In this document: in pieces, positions 62,403-64,000 of the stretch | How the letters are laid out: every line of letters begins with the position of its first letter | How positions within the stretch are numbered: the first letter of the stretch is position 1 | Program-made: the position numbers and the translations under genes | The notes under the pieces: generated by a model | Database searches by the model: none | What the model was told of the DNA's origin: nothing | The model's input: the letters and a program-made list of their open reading frames with translations, nothing else | From: Azolla caroliniana | Lineage: Eukaryota; Plantae; Polypodiophyta | Direction of reading: 5' to 3' | Assembly (NCBI GenBank): GCA_043228905.1 | Contig: JBHGNT010000016.1 | Span: forward strand, 1,550,001 to 1,614,000 | Length of the DNA stretch: 64,000 bases

Positions 62403-64000
62403 ATGGCTTCTCCAAAGCCTAGGAACAGAGAAGTAACATCAAGGTACAAACTCTCCCCTTCCCCTGCCCCTGTTTCCAGAAGGCTCCCTACTCCTCATAC
62501 CCTACATAAATCAATAAACTTGAGCGATGCTCCTTCTCTACCATTGAAAAGATCAGTCTCTGCTGAGAGGAGGAGGAGTAGGAACCCATTTTCTCTAAGT
62601 AATGTTGTTGAAAGCAAGTTTTCTAAGAGCCCCTCCCGTGAAGCTTCCATTTTGGCTGATCCAAGAAGGTTCTCAGCATCGAATGAGGTGCTTTGGCCCT
62701 CCATGAAGCCTTTCTCAGGTGCTTTTTCATGTGACTTTTCAGCTTTGGGTGTGTCCAAAGGATCACATTTGTGCCCAGCAGTTGGTCAATCGAAATTGAG
62801 GCCGGTTGTGAATGGAAAATCCAGGTATGTCTCTGATCAAGCACTTAAACCTTCGGCAAATGTGGTGTCAAAGGCCCATGATTCTCGGGGGAAATTGGTA
62901 TCGGAGCATAAGTCTATATCTAGGTTGTCACAAAATAGGGATCAATCAGAGAATGCTCAGCCGCGAGAGAATGATCATATGGTCGAACATGGTGATGGCG
63001 GGCAAGGAGGTAGGCATGGTATCAGGAAATCATTGAGTGGTAGTAATAGTAGTTGTAGTATAATGAAATTGAGGGGATCAGGGGCGATGGCTAGAAGTGT
63101 AGACTTCGCATCCTCAAGAGAAAAGTCTCTCAATAATAATAGTAGACAATCTTCGACATCTGGGCAATCGAAAACGAGTTCACGCCGAGAGAGCGTACCT
63201 CGATCCTTGAGCTCTTCTCGGGCTCATCAACAACCTTCTCTTGACGAAAGGCCAGTTAATTCAGCCAAGTCAAGGTCCGAGAGCAGGAAAGAACATTCCC
63301 TCAATGAAGGGGCTGCCACCCCAAAGAAGACAAGGTCCGAACATAGGGGCCGAATACAAGATTCTCCTCGAAGGGTGAGTAAAGAATCTGATAGAGATTC
63401 TCTACAACATGTTAAAGAATGTTGTAAGAATTTGGTATCGCTTGTGAGCTCGCATCCAAATGAACTTTTAGTGCTCCAGTCAGCAAAGCATGGCGGACAA
63501 GCTCTAGACCTGTCATGCAATGAAATGATAACACCAACTTATAATGCCTTGGACACCCGAAACGTATCATCAGGTGGGATAACTTCAATCGCATCACGTT
63601 CAGGTTTGTTGACACCTGGAAATGTCGTCAGGGCTAGAGTTGGAGGGACTACAATGTCAGCCTTGTATTCACAGGATACCACAGGAGAGAGATTACTCCC
63701 AAGGCTTAAGTCTTCAGGAAGTCCACAAAGATCCAACACATTCCTCAATGGAGCCATCTCATCTCCTTGGTCGATCATGTCGAATCGTCCGGTTTCAAGC
63801 TCTGTGCCACCTCAGCAACCTCAATCTCCAGTAAGATCCTCTCCTTATAGGAATATCCCTAGTCCATCAAAAGTAAGAGGAAGGCAACACGTGATGCAAA
63901 GCTTAACACAGACTAGTAGTGCTGCGGTGATGCTTAACTTTGGGGCTGATATGAGGAAAGGAAAGAAGGGATTGAATCAATTGGATGAAATCCACTTACA
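62403..64000 (+). CDS. QWRF-motif / AUGMIN8 / SCO3-family microtubule-associated protein, 5' part (runs off the window)
   Basis: Open frame from ATG 62403 to the window end. It has PRNREVTSRY, KRSVSAERRR, LWPS and ARSVDF, a Ser/Arg/Pro-rich body, and MLNFGADMRKGKKGLNQLDEIHL, which precedes the QWRF motif in this family. Confidence 0.88.
   Translation, partial: MASPKPRNREVTSRYKLSPSPAPVSRRLPTPHTLHKSINLSDAPSLPLKRSVSAERRRSRNPFSLSNVVESKFSKSPSREASILADPRRFSASNEVLWPSMKPFSGAFSCDFSALGVSKGSHLCPAVGQSKLRPVVNGKSRYVSDQALKPSANVVSKAHDSRGKLVSEHKSISRLSQNRDQSENAQPRENDHMVEHGDGGQGGRHGIRKSLSGSNSSCSIMKLRGSGAMARSVDFASSREKSLNNNSRQSSTSGQSKTSSRRESVPRSLSSSRAHQQPSLDERPVNSAKSRSESRKEHSLNEGAATPKKTRSEHRGRIQDSPRRVSKESDRDSLQHVKECCKNLVSLVSSHPNELLVLQSAKHGGQALDLSCNEMITPTYNALDTRNVSSGGITSIASRSGLLTPGNVVRARVGGTTMSALYSQDTTGERLLPRLKSSGSPQRSNTFLNGAISSPWSIMSNRPVSSSVPPQQPQSPVRSSPYRNIPSPSKVRGRQHVMQSLTQTSSAAVMLNFGADMRKGKKGLNQLDEIHL

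Overview
This is AT-rich, intron-containing land-plant nuclear DNA; the microsatellites and repeat landscape look fern-like, but that is a weak inference. Host genes: a 9-exon plastid shikimate kinase (-), a 15-exon kelch-repeat/coiled-coil protein (-), a 2-exon acidic protein with an N-acylation-type N-terminus (+), a disrupted signal peptidase subunit SPCS3 (+), and the start of a QWRF/AUG8-family gene running off the right end (+). The middle is a nested TE cluster. It holds a degenerate L1-type LINE with two related solo LTRs inserted in opposite orientations, a very young GC/CCGG-rich Ty1/copia element (perfect TSD, one stop in gag), another LINE remnant, PPR and O-fucosyltransferase fragments, and several tandem duplications. 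I found no convincing new multi-gene system. The most unusual signals are CCGG enrichment across LTR families, a tRNA-like Pol III module inside an LTR, a His/aromatic-rich uORF ahead of shikimate kinase, and the orphan acidic protein. All exon models and alignments were done by eye.
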